Positions 1 to 12,920 of a stretch of DNA of 44,762 nucleotides are shown here, in pieces. Source of the DNA: Candidatus Omnitrophota bacterium. GTDB taxonomy: Bacteria; Omnitrophota; Gorgyraeia; Aquiviventales; Aquiviventaceae. The notes beneath the pieces are model-generated. The model saw only the letters and a list, made by a program, of their open reading frames with translations, made no database searches and was not told the DNA's origin. The translations under genes and the position numbers were made by a program. The first letter of the stretch is position 1. Each line of letters begins with the position of its first letter. The stretch is taken from contig JAHFGY010000005.1 of the NCBI GenBank assembly GCA_023247195.1, positions 1 through 44,762 on the forward strand, read 5' to 3'.

Positions 1-113
1 ATTTCACGGTTGACTTGATCCAGCCGGTTGCCATGGAGAAAGAACAGCGCTTCGCCATCCGAGAAGGTGGCAAGACAGTCGGCGCTGGCGTTATCACGGA
101 AATTATAAAGTAA
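1..113 (+). CDS. tuf: Elongation factor Tu, C-terminal fragment (5' end outside window)
   Basis: Frame 3 reads [36 protein letters not shown], then TAA at 111-113. This is the conserved EF-Tu C-terminus, and tuf classically precedes rpsJ. Confidence 0.85.
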   Translation, partial: FTVDLIQPVAMEKEQRFAIREGGKTVGAGVITEIIK

Positions 114-119
114 GCCGAT

Positions 120-431
120 ATGGTGCAGCAGCAGCCTCGAATCCGAATCAAACTTAAAGCATACGACCACCGTGTGCTCGACCTTTCCACGACAGAAATC
201 GTTGAGACCGCGCAGCGGACAGGCGCGAAAATCGCCGGGCCCATTCCGCTGCCGACCAAGCGCGAGCTTTACACGGTTCTACGTTCGCCTTTCATCGACA
301 AGAAATCACGCGAGCAGTTCCAGCTCGTAACGCACAAGCGGCTGATCGATATTCTCGAGCCGACATCCAAAACAATCGACGCGCTGCGGAAGCTGAATTT
401 GCCTTCAGGCGTATACGTTGAGGTCAAGTAA
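120..431 (+). CDS. rpsJ: 30S ribosomal protein S10
   Basis: 103 aa with the canonical S10 N-terminus ([17 protein letters not shown]). First gene of the S10 operon, directly after tuf. Confidence 0.97.
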   Translation: MVQQQPRIRIKLKAYDHRVLDLSTTEIVETAQRTGAKIAGPIPLPTKRELYTVLRSPFIDKKSREQFQLVTHKRLIDILEPTSKTIDALRKLNLPSGVYVEVK

Positions 432-1153
432 TGGCAATTGGGTTGCTCGGTAAAAAGCTCGGCATGACGCATATTTACGACGACTACGGCCGTCGCAGAG
501 CGGTGACAGCCATTCAGGCGGGTCCTTGCACGGTTTTGGATGTGCGCACGCCCGAGCAGAACGGCTACGGCGCTCTGCAGCTTGGATTCGAAACAGTTGA
601 AGCCAAGGACCTGAACAAACCCCGCCAAGGCCAAGTCACGAAGCAGGCCCAGGGCGCGTTCAAGCATGTTCGCGAGTTTCGTCTGCGCGAGAAGGATAAA
701 GGCGAGTGGACGGTCGGCCAAAAGCTTACGGTTGAGCTCTTTGAGGAATATGAGCTTATCGACGTCGTCGGCATTTCGATCGGCAAAGGCTTCCAGGGCG
801 GTATGAAGCGCTGGAACTGGAGCGGCGGCAATGAGACGCACGGGTCCATGTCGCACCGCGCGCCGGGCGCGAGCGGTTCAGGCACCACGCCGGGCCGCGT
901 CTTTAAGGGACATCACTTTCCCGGGCACATGGGCAACGACCGAATCACCATCCAGAACCTTCGCATTGTGCGCCGAGACGCTGAGAACAATCTTCTGCTC
1001 GTCGAGGGATCGGTTCCAGGAGCGGAACAAGGACTGGTGTTCGTCCGCAAAGCGGCAAAGCGCTACGGCGTGATCCGCAAGCCGCAGGCCATTCAGACCG
1101 TTGTTGAGGAAGAAGAAGAGAAGGGCAAGAAGCCCACGGGGAAGAAGAAGTAA
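431..1153 (+). CDS. rplC: 50S ribosomal protein L3
   Basis: 240 aa with [14 protein letters not shown] and [20 protein letters not shown] motifs. The start overlaps the rpsJ stop. Glu/Lys-rich C-terminal tail. Confidence 0.97.
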   Translation: MAIGLLGKKLGMTHIYDDYGRRRAVTAIQAGPCTVLDVRTPEQNGYGALQLGFETVEAKDLNKPRQGQVTKQAQGAFKHVREFRLREKDKGEWTVGQKLTVELFEEYELIDVVGISIGKGFQGGMKRWNWSGGNETHGSMSHRAPGASGSGTTPGRVFKGHHFPGHMGNDRITIQNLRIVRRDAENNLLLVEGSVPGAEQGLVFVRKAAKRYGVIRKPQAIQTVVEEEEEKGKKPTGKKK

Positions 1154-1794
1154 TGGACCTTCAGATTTTCAGCCTGGACGGAAGTTCTGCCGGTAAGATC
1201 TCCCTGAATGAGGATATCTGGGGCGGGGAAGTGAACCTCGGAGTTCTGTCGCAGGCCATTGCCATGTATCGAACAAACCTGCGCGCATTCACGGCATCCA
1301 CAAAGACTCGCGGTGATGTCTCCGGAGGCGGCAAGAAGCCCTGGAAACAAAAGCATACCGGTCGGGCGCGCGCGGGTTCGACCCGCTCGCCGCTTTGGCG
1401 GCACGGTGGCAGTACTTTCGGTCCCCGGCCGCGCGATGCTTCCTATCGGCTGCCGCAGTCTATTCGCCGGCTTGCGTTGCTCGAGAGCCTCAAAGGCAAG
1501 ATGCGCGATAGTGAGCTCTTGGTTGTCAAAGGTTTATCCGCCAGCGAACCGAAGACCAAGCCGTTTGCCGGCCTGGCAAAAGCATTGAAGGTCGATCGCA
1601 AATCGGTGATCGTGCTGGATGAATCGCGCGAGCCCTTGATTAAGTCGCTTCGCAATTTGGCGCGTTTTGAGTTGCGCCAAGCGGGCAATTTGAATGCCTT
1701 GGATGTGCTGAACGCTCACAAGGTCATCTTGACCGAGCGGGCGTTCGAGCAACTCGAACAGCGGGTGCAGAAAGAACATGCGATCACCAAGTGA
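1153..1794 (+). CDS. rplD: 50S ribosomal protein L4
   Basis: 213 aa with the KPWKQKHTGRARAGSTRSPLWRHGG motif. Operon position is as expected. Confidence 0.96.
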   Translation: MDLQIFSLDGSSAGKISLNEDIWGGEVNLGVLSQAIAMYRTNLRAFTASTKTRGDVSGGGKKPWKQKHTGRARAGSTRSPLWRHGGSTFGPRPRDASYRLPQSIRRLALLESLKGKMRDSELLVVKGLSASEPKTKPFAGLAKALKVDRKSVIVLDESREPLIKSLRNLARFELRQAGNLNALDVLNAHKVILTERAFEQLEQRVQKEHAITK

Positions 1795-2059
1795 GATTGT
1801 TAAAGGCGTGCGTCAGACGGAAAAAGGCGCTCGGATAGCCGTCAGAGACCAGTACCTGGTCGAGGTTACGCCCCGCGCGAATAAGATTGAGATCCGCGAC
1901 GCCGTGCAAAAGCTCTTCAACGTCAAGGTCCTTAAGGTGAACACGCTGGTGTGCCACGGCAAATGGCGGCGGCTGAGCCACAGCTGGGGGCGCCGATCGG
2001 ATTGGAAGAAAGCGATTGTCACGCTTGAGAAGGGCCAGAAGATTGAGGTGAAAGAGTAA
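1778..2059 (+). CDS. rplW: 50S ribosomal protein L23
   Basis: 93 aa with the [23 protein letters not shown] motif. Overlaps rplD by 17 nt. Confidence 0.93.
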   Translation: MRSPSEIVKGVRQTEKGARIAVRDQYLVEVTPRANKIEIRDAVQKLFNVKVLKVNTLVCHGKWRRLSHSWGRRSDWKKAIVTLEKGQKIEVKE

Positions 2060-2060
2060 G

Positions 2061-2893
<833 letters not shown>

Positions 2894-2894
<1 letters not shown>

Positions 2895-3190
2895 TGTCGC
2901 GCTCCACGCTTAAAGGTCCCTTTGTGGACGAGCCGCTTCAGAAAAAAGTGACAGCGGCGCAGAACGCCAACGACCGCAAGCCGATCAAGACATGGTCGCG
3001 GCGCTCCACAGTGACTCCGGAATTTATCGGGTTGAACTTCCTGATCCACAACGGCAAAGGTTTCCAGCCGCTGTATGTCACGGAAAATATGGTCGGCCAC
3101 AAGCTTGGCGAGTTCGCGCCCACCCGCATTTTCAAGAAGCACGGCGGTGTGAAGAAGGAAAGCGGCCCCGGAACCGGGCTGGGCAAATAA
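2894..3190 (+). CDS. rpsS: 30S ribosomal protein S19
   Basis: 98 aa with KGPFVD and [28 protein letters not shown] motifs. The ATG overlaps the rplB TAA by 1 nt. Confidence 0.97.
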
Positions 3191-3526
3191 ATGTTGGCCA
3201 CCGCAAAGGTTAGGCATCTGCGCATGACATCGCGCAAGCTTGCCTACGTTATGGTGCCGCTTCGGAAGCTGACCGTGGCGCAGGCCATGGCGCTGCTGTC
3301 ATCCGCGAACCGCCGCGCCGCCGGGCCTTTGGCTAAATTGATCGCCTCCGCGTTCGCCAACGCCCGCCAGACAAACCCTGTTCTGCGCGAGGACGAAGTC
3401 ATTATCAGCAAGCTCGTGGCGGATGAAGGCCCGACCTGGAAGCGATTCCGGCCGGCGGCTTTCGGGCGCGCGGTCCAGGTGCTCAAGCGAACGTCGCACG
3501 TCACGGTTGAACTGGAGAAGAAGTGA
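3191..3526 (+). CDS. rplV: 50S ribosomal protein L22
   Basis: 111 aa with L22-like sequence (RKLTVAQAMALL, GPTWKRFRPAAFGRA). Operon position is as expected. Confidence 0.95.
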   Translation: MLATAKVRHLRMTSRKLAYVMVPLRKLTVAQAMALLSSANRRAAGPLAKLIASAFANARQTNPVLREDEVIISKLVADEGPTWKRFRPAAFGRAVQVLKRTSHVTVELEKK

Positions 3527-3532
3527 GGACGC

Positions 3533-4249
3533 ATGGGTCAGAAAGTTAATCCGCTTTGTCTTCGGCTAAGCATTTCGCGTGACTGGGCGTCGCGATGGTT
3601 TACGCCGTCTAAAAAGCAGTTCGTCAAGAATCTTAAAGAGGACCGGCTTATCCGGGAGCTTCTGACAAAGGAGCTTTCGTCGGCCGCCGTGGCGCGCGTT
3701 GTGATCGAGCGCTCGGCTGAGCGGATTCGCATCGTGATTCACACCGCCCGGCCCGGAATCCTCATCGGACGCCGCGGTGAGAATATCCAGCGTCTTCAGG
3801 ATGCCGTGTTGAAAATTGTTGGCACCAGCCAGCAGCTCAAGATTGATTATGTCGAGATCACCAACCCGGCGGTGGAAGCTAAGCTCATCGCGGACTCGCT
3901 GGCTTTTCAGCTTGAGAAGCGCATCGCTTTCCGGCGCGCCATGAAGCGAGCCGTGCAGCAGGCCATGGACTCCGGTGCCAAGGGTATCCGGGTCATTTGC
4001 GACGGCCGGCTGGCCGGCGCTGAGATGACGCGCTCCGAAGTTTATCGCGCCGGAACTGTGCCTTTGGGAACGCTTCGTTCATACATTGATTTTGCTACGG
4101 GCACGGCTCACACCACGGCCGGCTGTATCGGAACAAAAGTATGGGTTTGTCGCGGAGATCTTGTTCCGCTGGAACGGCAAAAGGCGCAAGCGCGCCAGCG
4201 ACCGGCTATGGAGCCGAGAGCTCCGGAAGCCGCGGCCGCTACATCATAA
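3533..4249 (+). CDS. rpsC: 30S ribosomal protein S3
   Basis: 238 aa. N-terminus is [12 protein letters not shown] and the KH-domain motif is [11 protein letters not shown]. Confidence 0.97.
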   Translation: MGQKVNPLCLRLSISRDWASRWFTPSKKQFVKNLKEDRLIRELLTKELSSAAVARVVIERSAERIRIVIHTARPGILIGRRGENIQRLQDAVLKIVGTSQQLKIDYVEITNPAVEAKLIADSLAFQLEKRIAFRRAMKRAVQQAMDSGAKGIRVICDGRLAGAEMTRSEVYRAGTVPLGTLRSYIDFATGTAHTTAGCIGTKVWVCRGDLVPLERQKAQARQRPAMEPRAPEAAAATS

Positions 4250-4259
4250 GGATCATCGG

Positions 4260-4685
4260 ATGCCTTTTTTACTTCCTAAGCGTGTCAAGTACCGCAAATC
4301 GCATCGAGGCAAGCGCCGAGGCGCGGCTAAGGGCGGTACGTCGCTCGCTTTCGGCGAGTTCGGGCTCAAGGCTTTAGAAAACGGCTGGGTTACCGCCGCT
4401 CAGATCGAAGCTTGCCGCGTGGCGATCAGCCGTTCCATGGCACGCGGCGGCAAGGTATGGCTGCGGATTTTCCCGGACAAGGCCTGCACGACGCACGGGC
4501 AGGAAAAGCCCATGGGTTCCGGCAAGGGACTCGTCGATCACTGGGTCGCGGTTGTGAAGCGCGGCCGCATTATGTTTGAGGTTGACGGTGTGCCCGAGGT
4601 GGTGGCTCGCGATACCTTCCGCCTGGCCGCATCCAAGCTTCCTATTAAGAGCCGATTGGTCAGCCGCAAAGATGAGATCGTGTGA
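4260..4685 (+). CDS. rplP: 50S ribosomal protein L16
   Basis: The ATG at 4260 gives [21 protein letters not shown]. The longer ORF-track start at 4086 overlaps rpsC and was not used. Confidence 0.95.
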   Translation: MPFLLPKRVKYRKSHRGKRRGAAKGGTSLAFGEFGLKALENGWVTAAQIEACRVAISRSMARGGKVWLRIFPDKACTTHGQEKPMGSGKGLVDHWVAVVKRGRIMFEVDGVPEVVARDTFRLAASKLPIKSRLVSRKDEIV

Positions 4686-4909
4686 TGGCTGAAAAAGTCG
4701 CTCCCGTTAAAGAGTGGCGCTCGTTGCCGGACGCCGAGCTGCGCACGCGCCTGCTGGAAATCCGGCAGGAGATGTGGCAGCACCGGATCAAGGCGAAGAG
4801 CGGCGCTTTACAACAAGTGCATCAAATCGGCGCGCTGCGCAAGCAGATCGCACGGATCCAGACCGTCATCCGCGAGCAGCAGCTCGCCACCGCAGGAAAG
4901 AAAGTATGA
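4682..4909 (+). CDS. rpmC: 50S ribosomal protein L29
   Basis: 75 aa helical protein ([18 protein letters not shown]) sitting between rplP and rpsQ. The start overlaps the rplP stop. Confidence 0.9.
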   Translation: MMAEKVAPVKEWRSLPDAELRTRLLEIRQEMWQHRIKAKSGALQQVHQIGALRKQIARIQTVIREQQLATAGKKV

Positions 4910-5346
4910 GCCCGAAGGAAAGCATGAGTTCAAAAGAAAGCGCCAGCGCCAAGAAGCCGGCCCAGTCGAAGAAAGCATCGGCCGAGGGGCACGTTGAGAA
5001 GCCGGTTTCCTCGCAGGATGCCGAAGATCGCAACGGCCGCAAGGTGCGCACCGGCGTGGTCATCAGCAACAAGATGCAGAAGACCATCGTTGTGAAGGTC
5101 GTTCGGCATGCGCAGCACGGCACTTACAACCGCGTTATCAACCGGTCCACTTCGTTCAAGGCCCATGACGAGCAGAACCAGGCAAAGCCCGGGGATCTCG
5201 TAAAGATCATGGAAACACGCCCTATTTCCAAGGACAAGCGATGGCGGCTGCTTGAAATCGTGCGGCAGGCTTCTTCGGCTCCCCCGGTTCCGGGCGGAGA
5301 AGAGAAGGCGGCCAAGCAGCCTGCAGCTAAAGGCGCATCTGCATGA
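4906..5346 (+). CDS. rpsQ: 30S ribosomal protein S17, with N- and C-terminal low-complexity extensions
   Basis: The ATG at 4906 overlaps the rpmC stop. The S17 core is [21 protein letters not shown] ... [13 protein letters not shown]. It is flanked by a Ser/Lys/Glu-rich N-terminus ([17 protein letters not shown]) and an Ala/Pro/Lys C-terminal tail. Confidence 0.9.
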   Translation: MSPKESMSSKESASAKKPAQSKKASAEGHVEKPVSSQDAEDRNGRKVRTGVVISNKMQKTIVVKVVRHAQHGTYNRVINRSTSFKAHDEQNQAKPGDLVKIMETRPISKDKRWRLLEIVRQASSAPPVPGGEEKAAKQPAAKGASA

Positions 5347-5711
5347 TTTATCTGCGGACGCAGCTCAATGTCGCCGATAATTCCGGCGTGAAGAAAGTGT
5401 GGGCGATCGGCGTTATCGGCCGCGCCAACAAGCAGTCAGCGGATGTGGGAGACGTCATTACCGTGCATGTGCGCGAGGCGGATCCTGATGCTTTAGCCAA
5501 GAAGGGCGACGTGGTACGGTGCGTGGTCGTCCGTACCCGGGCTCCGATCCGTCGCATGGACGGTAGCTCCGTTCGTTTTGACAGCAATGCGGTCGTGCTG
5601 ATCGACAATCAGAACAATCCCAAGGGCACCCGCGTATTCGGACCTGTGGCGCGCGAGTTGCGCGAAAAGCGATTCATGAAGATCATCTCACTTGCACCGG
5701 AAGTCGTGTGA
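5343..5711 (+). CDS. rplN: 50S ribosomal protein L14
   Basis: 122 aa. Begins [18 protein letters not shown] and ends [14 protein letters not shown]. Confidence 0.97.
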   Translation: MIYLRTQLNVADNSGVKKVWAIGVIGRANKQSADVGDVITVHVREADPDALAKKGDVVRCVVVRTRAPIRRMDGSSVRFDSNAVVLIDNQNNPKGTRVFGPVARELREKRFMKIISLAPEVV

Positions 5712-5732
5712 GCGGGCGATAAAGGGCGACGA

Positions 5733-6050
5733 ATGGCGTTGATCAGGAAAGGCGATACCGTTTCAATTCTAAGCGGCAAGGACAAAGGCAAGAGCGGAAA
5801 AGTTCTGCAAATCTGGCCGGGCACGCAGAAAGCGCTGGTCGAGCGCATTAACCTCGTCAAGCATTTCGAGCGGCGAAGCCAGCAGAATCCTTCGGGCGGA
5901 GTGGTCGAGCGGGAAGGCGCATTGGCGATCTCCAAGCTCGCGATTCTGTGCCCCAAGTGCAAGAAACCGTCGCGCATCGGCTGGGAGCTGGGTGAGGGCT
6001 CCAAGCAGCGCATATGCCGGCGATGCAAAGGAACGATTGACGCGACATGA
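5733..6050 (+). CDS. rplX: 50S ribosomal protein L24 (with C-terminal CxxC...CxxC)
   Basis: 105 aa with a KOW motif ([21 protein letters not shown]). The C-terminal part carries CPKC...CRRC. Confidence 0.93.
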   Translation: MALIRKGDTVSILSGKDKGKSGKVLQIWPGTQKALVERINLVKHFERRSQQNPSGGVVEREGALAISKLAILCPKCKKPSRIGWELGEGSKQRICRRCKGTIDAT

Positions 6051-6688
6051 GCACCCCAAAAGCAACCTCGAGCACACCAAAAACAACCACTAGGCAGTCC
6101 TCTTCTTCAAAGAGCGGCGAGACGCCTCGCATGCAGGCGCGCTACCGCGACCAGATAGCGCCCGCGCTTGCGAAGGAGTTCAAGTACAAAAACGAGAACC
6201 CCATGGCCGTGCCGAAGCTGGTGAAGATTGTTTTGAACATCGGCTGCGGAGAGGCCGCGCACGATGCCAAGGTTCTGGAGGCGGCGCAGAAAACGCTTGA
6301 GCTGGTTTCCGGCCAGAAGCCGGTGGTCACGCGCGCCAAGAAAGCTATTTCGAATTTCCGCATCAAAGAGGGAGACGCTGTCGGCTGCAAAGTTACGCTG
6401 CGTCGCGCCCGCATGTACGAGTTCCTTGACCGGCTCATCACCGTGGCTTTACCGCGTATCCGCGACTTCCGCGGGTTCAGCCAAAAGGGTTTCGATGAGG
6501 GCGGCAATTACAGCTTCGGTCTTCAGGAGCACAGCATTTTCCCTGAGATCCTTTTGGATCAGATGCCGTACCCGCTCGGTATGGACATCGTGATGGTCAC
6601 AAACGCTCGCTCACGGGATCAGGGCCTGGCGCTTATCAAGGCCTTTGGCTTTCCATTCTCCGGAGCGGGGCAACAGAAGGCAGCCTGA
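6047..6688 (+). CDS. rplE: 50S ribosomal protein L5
   Basis: L5 core is [18 protein letters not shown] ... [15 protein letters not shown]. The ATG at 6047 adds a 28-aa Ser/Thr-rich extension. An alternative start at 6131 (MQARYRD) would give a standard length. Confidence 0.93.
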   Translation: MSTPKATSSTPKTTTRQSSSSKSGETPRMQARYRDQIAPALAKEFKYKNENPMAVPKLVKIVLNIGCGEAAHDAKVLEAAQKTLELVSGQKPVVTRAKKAISNFRIKEGDAVGCKVTLRRARMYEFLDRLITVALPRIRDFRGFSQKGFDEGGNYSFGLQEHSIFPEILLDQMPYPLGMDIVMVTNARSRDQGLALIKAFGFPFSGAGQQKAA

Positions 6689-6689
6689 C

Positions 6690-6875
6690 ATGGCGCGAAC
6701 ATCGTGGATCGAGCGTACGAAGCGCACTCCGAAATTCAAGGTTCGTGCAGTCAATCGCTGTTCCCGGTGCGGACGCCGGCGAGCTTTTTACCGACGGTTC
6801 GGCCTATGCCGCATGTGTTTCCGGGAGATGGCTTGGCGAGGTGAGATTCCCGGCCTTGTAAAGGCCAGCTGGTAA
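6690..6875 (+). CDS. rpsN: 30S ribosomal protein S14, short zinc-binding (type Z) form
   Basis: 61 aa from the ATG at 6690 ([39 protein letters not shown]). Has CxxC...CxxC and ends KASW. Confidence 0.93.
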   Translation: MARTSWIERTKRTPKFKVRAVNRCSRCGRRRAFYRRFGLCRMCFREMAWRGEIPGLVKASW

Positions 6876-6914
6876 GCAACTCAGTAGCTTTTTAGACAAA
6901 GGTGGATAAGCAGC

Positions 6915-7313
6915 ATGGCAATTACTGATCCAACGGCAGACGCGCTGACGAAGATCCGGAACGCATCGCGGGCGAAGCATCCCACGGTTGATGTGCGGCC
7001 TTCCAAATTTACCGAGCATGTCCTGAAGGTGCTTCAGCAGGAAGGGTTCATCCGGACCTACCGCAACGTCGGTGAAGCCGTGCAGAGCCGGACCTGCCGT
7101 GTCTATCTTAAGTATTCAGGCAAGATCCCGGCCATCGCGCAGTTGGTGCGCGTGTCGAAGCCCGGCGTGCGCGCTTACGCGGGAAGGAATGAGCTTCCTC
7201 GCGTGCGGCGCGGCTTGGGCGTGGCCATTGTGACGACATCACAGGGCGTGATGACGGAACGGCAAGCTTATCGCCAAGGTATCGGTGGCGAAATCGTTTG
7301 TTTCGTTTGGTAA
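6915..7313 (+). CDS. rpsH: 30S ribosomal protein S8
   Basis: 132 aa. Begins MAITDPTADALTKIRNA and ends GGEIVCFVW. Confidence 0.96.
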   Translation: MAITDPTADALTKIRNASRAKHPTVDVRPSKFTEHVLKVLQQEGFIRTYRNVGEAVQSRTCRVYLKYSGKIPAIAQLVRVSKPGVRAYAGRNELPRVRRGLGVAIVTTSQGVMTERQAYRQGIGGEIVCFVW

Positions 7314-7324
7314 CGAGGACAGTC

Positions 7325-7885
7325 ATGTCGCGAATTGGTCGTGCTCCGATTGCAGTGCCGAGTACCGTAAAAGTGAAGACCGAGGGACAGAACGTCCAGG
7401 TCGAGGGTCCCAAGGGCAAGCTGGCTTGGTCATTGCCGGAACCTATCCGCATCAAGAGCGAAGGCCAGACGCTGCTTATTACGCGCATCAATGAGGAGCG
7501 TGCGGTGAAAGCCTTGCACGGTCTTTCTCGCGCCTTGATTGCCAACATGGTCAACGGAGTGACGAACGGTTTCTCAAAAGAGTTGGAGATTGTCGGCGTT
7601 GGTTTCAAAGCGCTTCTGCAAGGGAAGCAGGTGACCTTTCTAGTTGGCTACTCCCACCCAGTCGTGGTGCAGATCCCGGAAGGCATCACGGTTGAAATTC
7701 CCAAGCCGACGATCGTAATCATCAAAGGGATTGATAGGCAGCAGGTTGGTCAATTCGCCGCGAATATCCGTGGCATCTATCCGCCTGAGCCTTATAAGGG
7801 CAAGGGCATTCGCTACCAAGGCGAGGTTGTCCGCAAGAAGGCGGGCAAGGCTGCCACTGGTTCCGGCTCTAAGGGAGGAGGCTAA
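7325..7885 (+). CDS. rplF: 50S ribosomal protein L6
   Basis: The ATG at 7325 gives MSRIGRAPIAVPS. Also contains PEPYKGKGIRYQGEVVRKKAGK. Confidence 0.95.
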   Translation: MSRIGRAPIAVPSTVKVKTEGQNVQVEGPKGKLAWSLPEPIRIKSEGQTLLITRINEERAVKALHGLSRALIANMVNGVTNGFSKELEIVGVGFKALLQGKQVTFLVGYSHPVVVQIPEGITVEIPKPTIVIIKGIDRQQVGQFAANIRGIYPPEPYKGKGIRYQGEVVRKKAGKAATGSGSKGGG

Positions 7886-7889
7886 TCCC

Positions 7890-8252
7890 ATGTCAGTCAT
7901 GAGTGGACGTGAAGCGGCTCGTCAGGCCCGGCATACGCGGATCCGAAAGCGTGTCAAAGGCTTGCCAGAGCGGCCGCGGCTGAGCCTTTTCCGCAGCCAC
8001 AAGAACCTGTACGCACAAATCATCGACGATCGGGCCGGCAAGACGCTCATCGGCTGCTCCACAAAGGATGAGCGGCTTAAGCTTGCATCGGGCGCGACGG
8101 TAGCCGCAGCGGAAGCGCTCGGTAAGTTCATCGCTTCCGAGGCTACGGGAAAAGGCATCAAGAAAGTGGTATTTGACCGTGGCGGCTACGCCTACCACGG
8201 ACGGATCAAGATGTTTGCGGACGCAGTCCGCTCGGGAGGACTCGAGGTTTAA
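7890..8252 (+). CDS. rplR: 50S ribosomal protein L18
   Basis: ATG at 7890. Contains [31 protein letters not shown] and ends [23 protein letters not shown]. Confidence 0.93.
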   Translation: MSVMSGREAARQARHTRIRKRVKGLPERPRLSLFRSHKNLYAQIIDDRAGKTLIGCSTKDERLKLASGATVAAAEALGKFIASEATGKGIKKVVFDRGGYAYHGRIKMFADAVRSGGLEV

Positions 8253-8253
8253 C

Positions 8254-8790
8254 ATGGCACGCGATCAGCAGCGATCAGGACAACGGCAGGCGGCGCCCGG
8301 AGACGGCCCGCAATTAATGGAAAAGCTTATCAGCATCAACCGCGTTGCCAAGGTCCACAAGGGCGGAAAACGCATGTCCTTCTGCGCGCTGGCGATTGTC
8401 GGCGACGGCAAGGGCCGCGTCGGCATGGCGCTGGGCAAGTCGAACGAGGCGGCGGATGCTATTCGCAAAGGCTTTATCCGCGCCGAGCGGGATATGATGA
8501 CGGTTCCGTTGAAGGGGAGCACGATTCCCCACGAAGTCTTCGGCTCAGCCGATGCTTCACGCGTGCTCTTAAAACCGGCCAGCCCGGGCACGGGGATCAT
8601 CGCCGGCGGCCCGGTGCGCGCCGTGTGCGAAGCGGCTGGTATCCGCGATATCTTGACCAAGAGCCTCGGCTCGAGCAACGGCGTGAATCTCGTTAAGGCA
8701 ACTTTGAACGGACTGATGGCTCTTGAGCAAGCCGAGCAGGTTTATGCGCGGCGAAGGCCTTCACCGGAAGATGCGGAGATAACGGCATGA
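8254..8790 (+). CDS. rpsE: 30S ribosomal protein S5
   Basis: ATG at 8254. Contains [30 protein letters not shown]. Its stop overlaps the rplO start, so no L30 gene lies between them. Confidence 0.95.
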   Translation: MARDQQRSGQRQAAPGDGPQLMEKLISINRVAKVHKGGKRMSFCALAIVGDGKGRVGMALGKSNEAADAIRKGFIRAERDMMTVPLKGSTIPHEVFGSADASRVLLKPASPGTGIIAGGPVRAVCEAAGIRDILTKSLGSSNGVNLVKATLNGLMALEQAEQVYARRRPSPEDAEITA

Positions 8791-9257
8791 ACGTCACAGA
8801 CATTCCCGCAGTGCGCGGCGCTCGGCACCGGCGAAAGCGCGTCGGCCGCGGCGTCGGGTCCGGCCACGGCAAGACCGCGACTCGCGGTACAAAGGGCCAG
8901 CGCTCCCGTACCGGTTCGCGTAAGCGGCCCGGTTTCGAGGGTGGCCATACGCCTCTGATCCGTCGCATCCCGAAGCGCGGTTTCAAGCAAAAAGCGACCG
9001 GCCGACCCGAACCGTTTGAAATAGTCAATATCGGCAGCCTGAACGACGTTTCAACGACCGGCAAGATAACGCCTGAGGTCCTTCTCGAAGTGGGCCTCGT
9101 GCGCCGCGACGGAATTCGCATTAAATTGCTTGGCGATGGCGAGCTGAAAAAGCGCGTGACGATTGCCGTGCACGCGGCCAGCGCCTCGGCAAAGCAAAAG
9201 ATTGAGCAAGCGGGTGGGACGGTAGAGCTGCTGTCGAGCTCGCCTAAGGCATCTTGA
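8787..9257 (+). CDS. rplO: 50S ribosomal protein L15
   Basis: 156 aa with [23 protein letters not shown]. Confidence 0.95.
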   Translation: MNVTDIPAVRGARHRRKRVGRGVGSGHGKTATRGTKGQRSRTGSRKRPGFEGGHTPLIRRIPKRGFKQKATGRPEPFEIVNIGSLNDVSTTGKITPEVLLEVGLVRRDGIRIKLLGDGELKKRVTIAVHAASASAKQKIEQAGGTVELLSSSPKAS

Positions 9258-9283
9258 GCCAACGCTAACAGCCGCCGAATCGC

Positions 9284-10642
<1,359 letters not shown>

Positions 10643-10643
10643 C

Positions 10644-11315
10644 ATGCGGGTTGTCCTTCTCGGACCGCCCGGCACCGGAAAAGGATCGCTCGCCGCTCTA
10701 TGCGAGGATCGGCTGAAGGTTTCGCACGTTTCTACCGGCGAGATATTCCGCCATGAAATCGCGCAGAAATCCACCTTGGGCAAAAAGGTTCAGACGTACG
10801 TGAAGAACGGACAGCTGGTCCCGGACGACCTGGTCGTGCAAGTCATGGTGAATCGGCTGAAGCGGCCAGAGTTTGCCAAGGGATTCATGCTCGACGGTTT
10901 CCCCCGTACGGACGGTCAAGCGCAAGGGCTGGACGCGGCGCTGAGAAAATTAGGCAAGCCTTTGCACGGCGCGATTTATATTTCATCGCCGCAGCCGGTC
11001 CTGGTCAGGCGATTGTCGGGCCGCCGGGTATGCGAATCGTGCGGGATGAACTTTCATATCCGCACCATGCGGCCCAAGCAAGCCGGCATCTGCGACCGCT
11101 GCGGCAAGGCGTTGACGACCCGCGCGGACGACAAGCCCGAGACGGTGCGCAAGCGCCTGGCGCTCGACGGAAAGAACGCAGCGCCTCTCTTGGCGCATTA
11201 TAAGAAACAGCGGCGCTTATACCGCGTCGATGGCCGAGGCCGGATTGAGACGGTGTTCGGTCGGGCATCCGCTCTTTTCAAGAAATTGGGTTGGGTCCGT
11301 GCCGGGTCCGGATGA
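10644..11315 (+). CDS. adk: Adenylate kinase (Cys4 zinc lid)
   Basis: 223 aa with P-loop LLGPPGTGKGS. The lid carries CESCG...CDRCG. Confidence 0.96.
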   Translation: MRVVLLGPPGTGKGSLAALCEDRLKVSHVSTGEIFRHEIAQKSTLGKKVQTYVKNGQLVPDDLVVQVMVNRLKRPEFAKGFMLDGFPRTDGQAQGLDAALRKLGKPLHGAIYISSPQPVLVRRLSGRRVCESCGMNFHIRTMRPKQAGICDRCGKALTTRADDKPETVRKRLALDGKNAAPLLAHYKKQRRLYRVDGRGRIETVFGRASALFKKLGWVRAGSG

Positions 11316-12073
11316 TTGAGCTGAAAAGTCCGGAAGAAATTAGTCGTATGCGCCGGGCGGGCCGGGTCGTAGCCGAGCTTTTGGACCACCTGAAAGGGTA
11401 CGTTCGAGCCGGCCTCCGAACGCGCGAGTTGGATGCCGAGTCGCGTAATTTTATCAAGCGAGCCGGTGCAAAGCCCGCTTTTCTCGGCTACCGAGGTTAT
11501 CCGGCCTGCATCTGCGTATCGGTGAACGAGGAAGTGGTGCACGGCATCCCGGGCGAGCGCGTCATCCAAGATGGCGACCTGGTAAGCATCGACGCCGGAG
11601 CGGTTGTGGATGGCTTTTACGGCGACGCGGCGATCTCGTTGATCGTGGGCCAAGCCAGCCCCGAAGCCCAGAGGCTGGTGGATACGACGCGCGACGCGCT
11701 CTGGGAAGGCATCCGGCAGGCTCGTGTTGGCAATCGATTGTCAGACATCTCGCACGCGGTTCAGCTCCGGGTGGAGAAAGAAAAATTCGGAATTGTTCGG
11801 GATTTTGTCGGGCATGGAATCGGCCGCGCCATGCATGAAGACCCGCCGATTCCGAATTTCGGGGCGCCGAACATGGGCCCGAGGCTCCGCGCCGGCATGG
11901 TTTTGGCCATTGAGCCGATGGTCACTCTGGGTGACTATGCGGTTGAAGTGCTCAAAGATGGATGGACGGCGGTGACGAAGGACGGGTCGCTCGCCGCGCA
12001 TTTTGAGCATTCCATCGCGATCACGGATAGCGGGGTCGAAGTGCTGACGGAGCTAGCGCCTGTCCGGGCCTGA
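11312..12073 (+). CDS. map: Methionine aminopeptidase, type I
   Basis: The ATG at 11312 overlaps the adk TGA and gives [17 protein letters not shown]. Metal-ligand context FVGHGIG is present. Confidence 0.94.
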   Translation: MIELKSPEEISRMRRAGRVVAELLDHLKGYVRAGLRTRELDAESRNFIKRAGAKPAFLGYRGYPACICVSVNEEVVHGIPGERVIQDGDLVSIDAGAVVDGFYGDAAISLIVGQASPEAQRLVDTTRDALWEGIRQARVGNRLSDISHAVQLRVEKEKFGIVRDFVGHGIGRAMHEDPPIPNFGAPNMGPRLRAGMVLAIEPMVTLGDYAVEVLKDGWTAVTKDGSLAAHFEHSIAITDSGVEVLTELAPVRA

Positions 12074-12075
12074 GG

Positions 12076-12291
12076 ATGTCAAAAGAAGATCTGATTGAAG
12101 TGGAAGGCGTTGTTCGGGAAGCATTGCCGAACACCATGTTTCGTGTTGAGATTCAGGAAGGGCACACGGTGCTGGCTCATCTTGGCGGAAAGCTGCGGAA
12201 AAATTATATACGGATTCTTCCCGGCGATCGCGTTAAAATGGAGCTTTCCCCGTACGACCTTACACGGGGTCGCATTACCTTCCGGCTCTAG
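12076..12291 (+). CDS. infA: Translation initiation factor IF-1
   Basis: 71 aa: [25 protein letters not shown]... Confidence 0.97.
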   Translation: MSKEDLIEVEGVVREALPNTMFRVEIQEGHTVLAHLGGKLRKNYIRILPGDRVKMELSPYDLTRGRITFRL

Positions 12292-12312
12292 CAACAGTGA
12301 GGGGTCACGGCA

Positions 12313-12426
12313 ATGAAGGTTCGTGCATCAGTGAAGCGTATCTGCAACAAGTGCAAGGTCGTCCGGCGGCAAGGGATCGTGCGCATTATCTGCGAGAATC
12401 CAAAGCACAAGCAACGCCAAGGCTGA
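12313..12426 (+). CDS. rpmJ: 50S ribosomal protein L36
   Basis: Absent from the ORF track because it is under 60 aa. Hand translation gives [37 protein letters not shown], then TGA. Confidence 0.93.
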   Translation: MKVRASVKRICNKCKVVRRQGIVRIICENPKHKQRQG

Positions 12427-12446
12427 TTTAAGGAGCGAGGAAACGT

Positions 12447-12851
12447 ATGCCAAGAATTTTGGGGGTCGACCTTCCGAAAGGTAAGCGCATCGATGTCGCG
12501 CTTCGGTACCTGTACGGCATTGGGCCGATAACAGCCAACCGGGTGCTGGCTGTAACTAAGTTGGAGCCGAGCAAGCGGTCCGGCGAGTTAACGGATGAAG
12601 AAATCGCCCGGCTGACGCAGGAGCTCCAGGCCAACTACAAGCTGGAAGGCGACCTTCGCCGCGAAATGGCGGCGAACATCAAACGGCTTATCGACATAGG
12701 CACATACCGCGGCAACCGGCATAAGAAGGGCCTTCCCGCCCGCGGACAGCGCAGCCGGACGAACTCGCGCACGCGCAAGGGTCCGAGGCCGCGTGTCGGT
12801 GTCCGCAAGAAGGTTCGCACCCAGACAACGGCAGGGCCGTCTCGTGGCTGA
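12447..12851 (+). CDS. rpsM: 30S ribosomal protein S13
   Basis: 134 aa. Begins MPRILGVDLPKGKRIDVALRYLYGIG and contains YRGNRHKKGLPARGQR. Confidence 0.96.
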   Translation: MPRILGVDLPKGKRIDVALRYLYGIGPITANRVLAVTKLEPSKRSGELTDEEIARLTQELQANYKLEGDLRREMAANIKRLIDIGTYRGNRHKKGLPARGQRSRTNSRTRKGPRPRVGVRKKVRTQTTAGPSRG

Positions 12852-12920
12852 TAAATTTGAGCAATCGGGTAGAGGAGGAGTGAGTGGCATGGCATTGAAC
12901 GTCCAGGAGGCAGGTGGGTC

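Noticed and set aside
4086-4259. Upstream extension of the L16 ORF. The ORF track gives similar long starts for S17 (4714), L6 (7298), L18 (7731), S5 (8173), S4 (13130) and others.
   Set aside because: The extensions overlap the preceding conserved genes in another frame. In every case an internal ATG reproduces the canonical N-terminus and the usual stop/start overlap.
4906-4960. Short peptide repeats (KESMS / KESAS) at the 5' end of rpsQ, considered as a possible tandem DNA repeat or slippage tract
   Set aside because: The DNA copies are imperfect and only about two units long. This is better described as a low-complexity protein extension.
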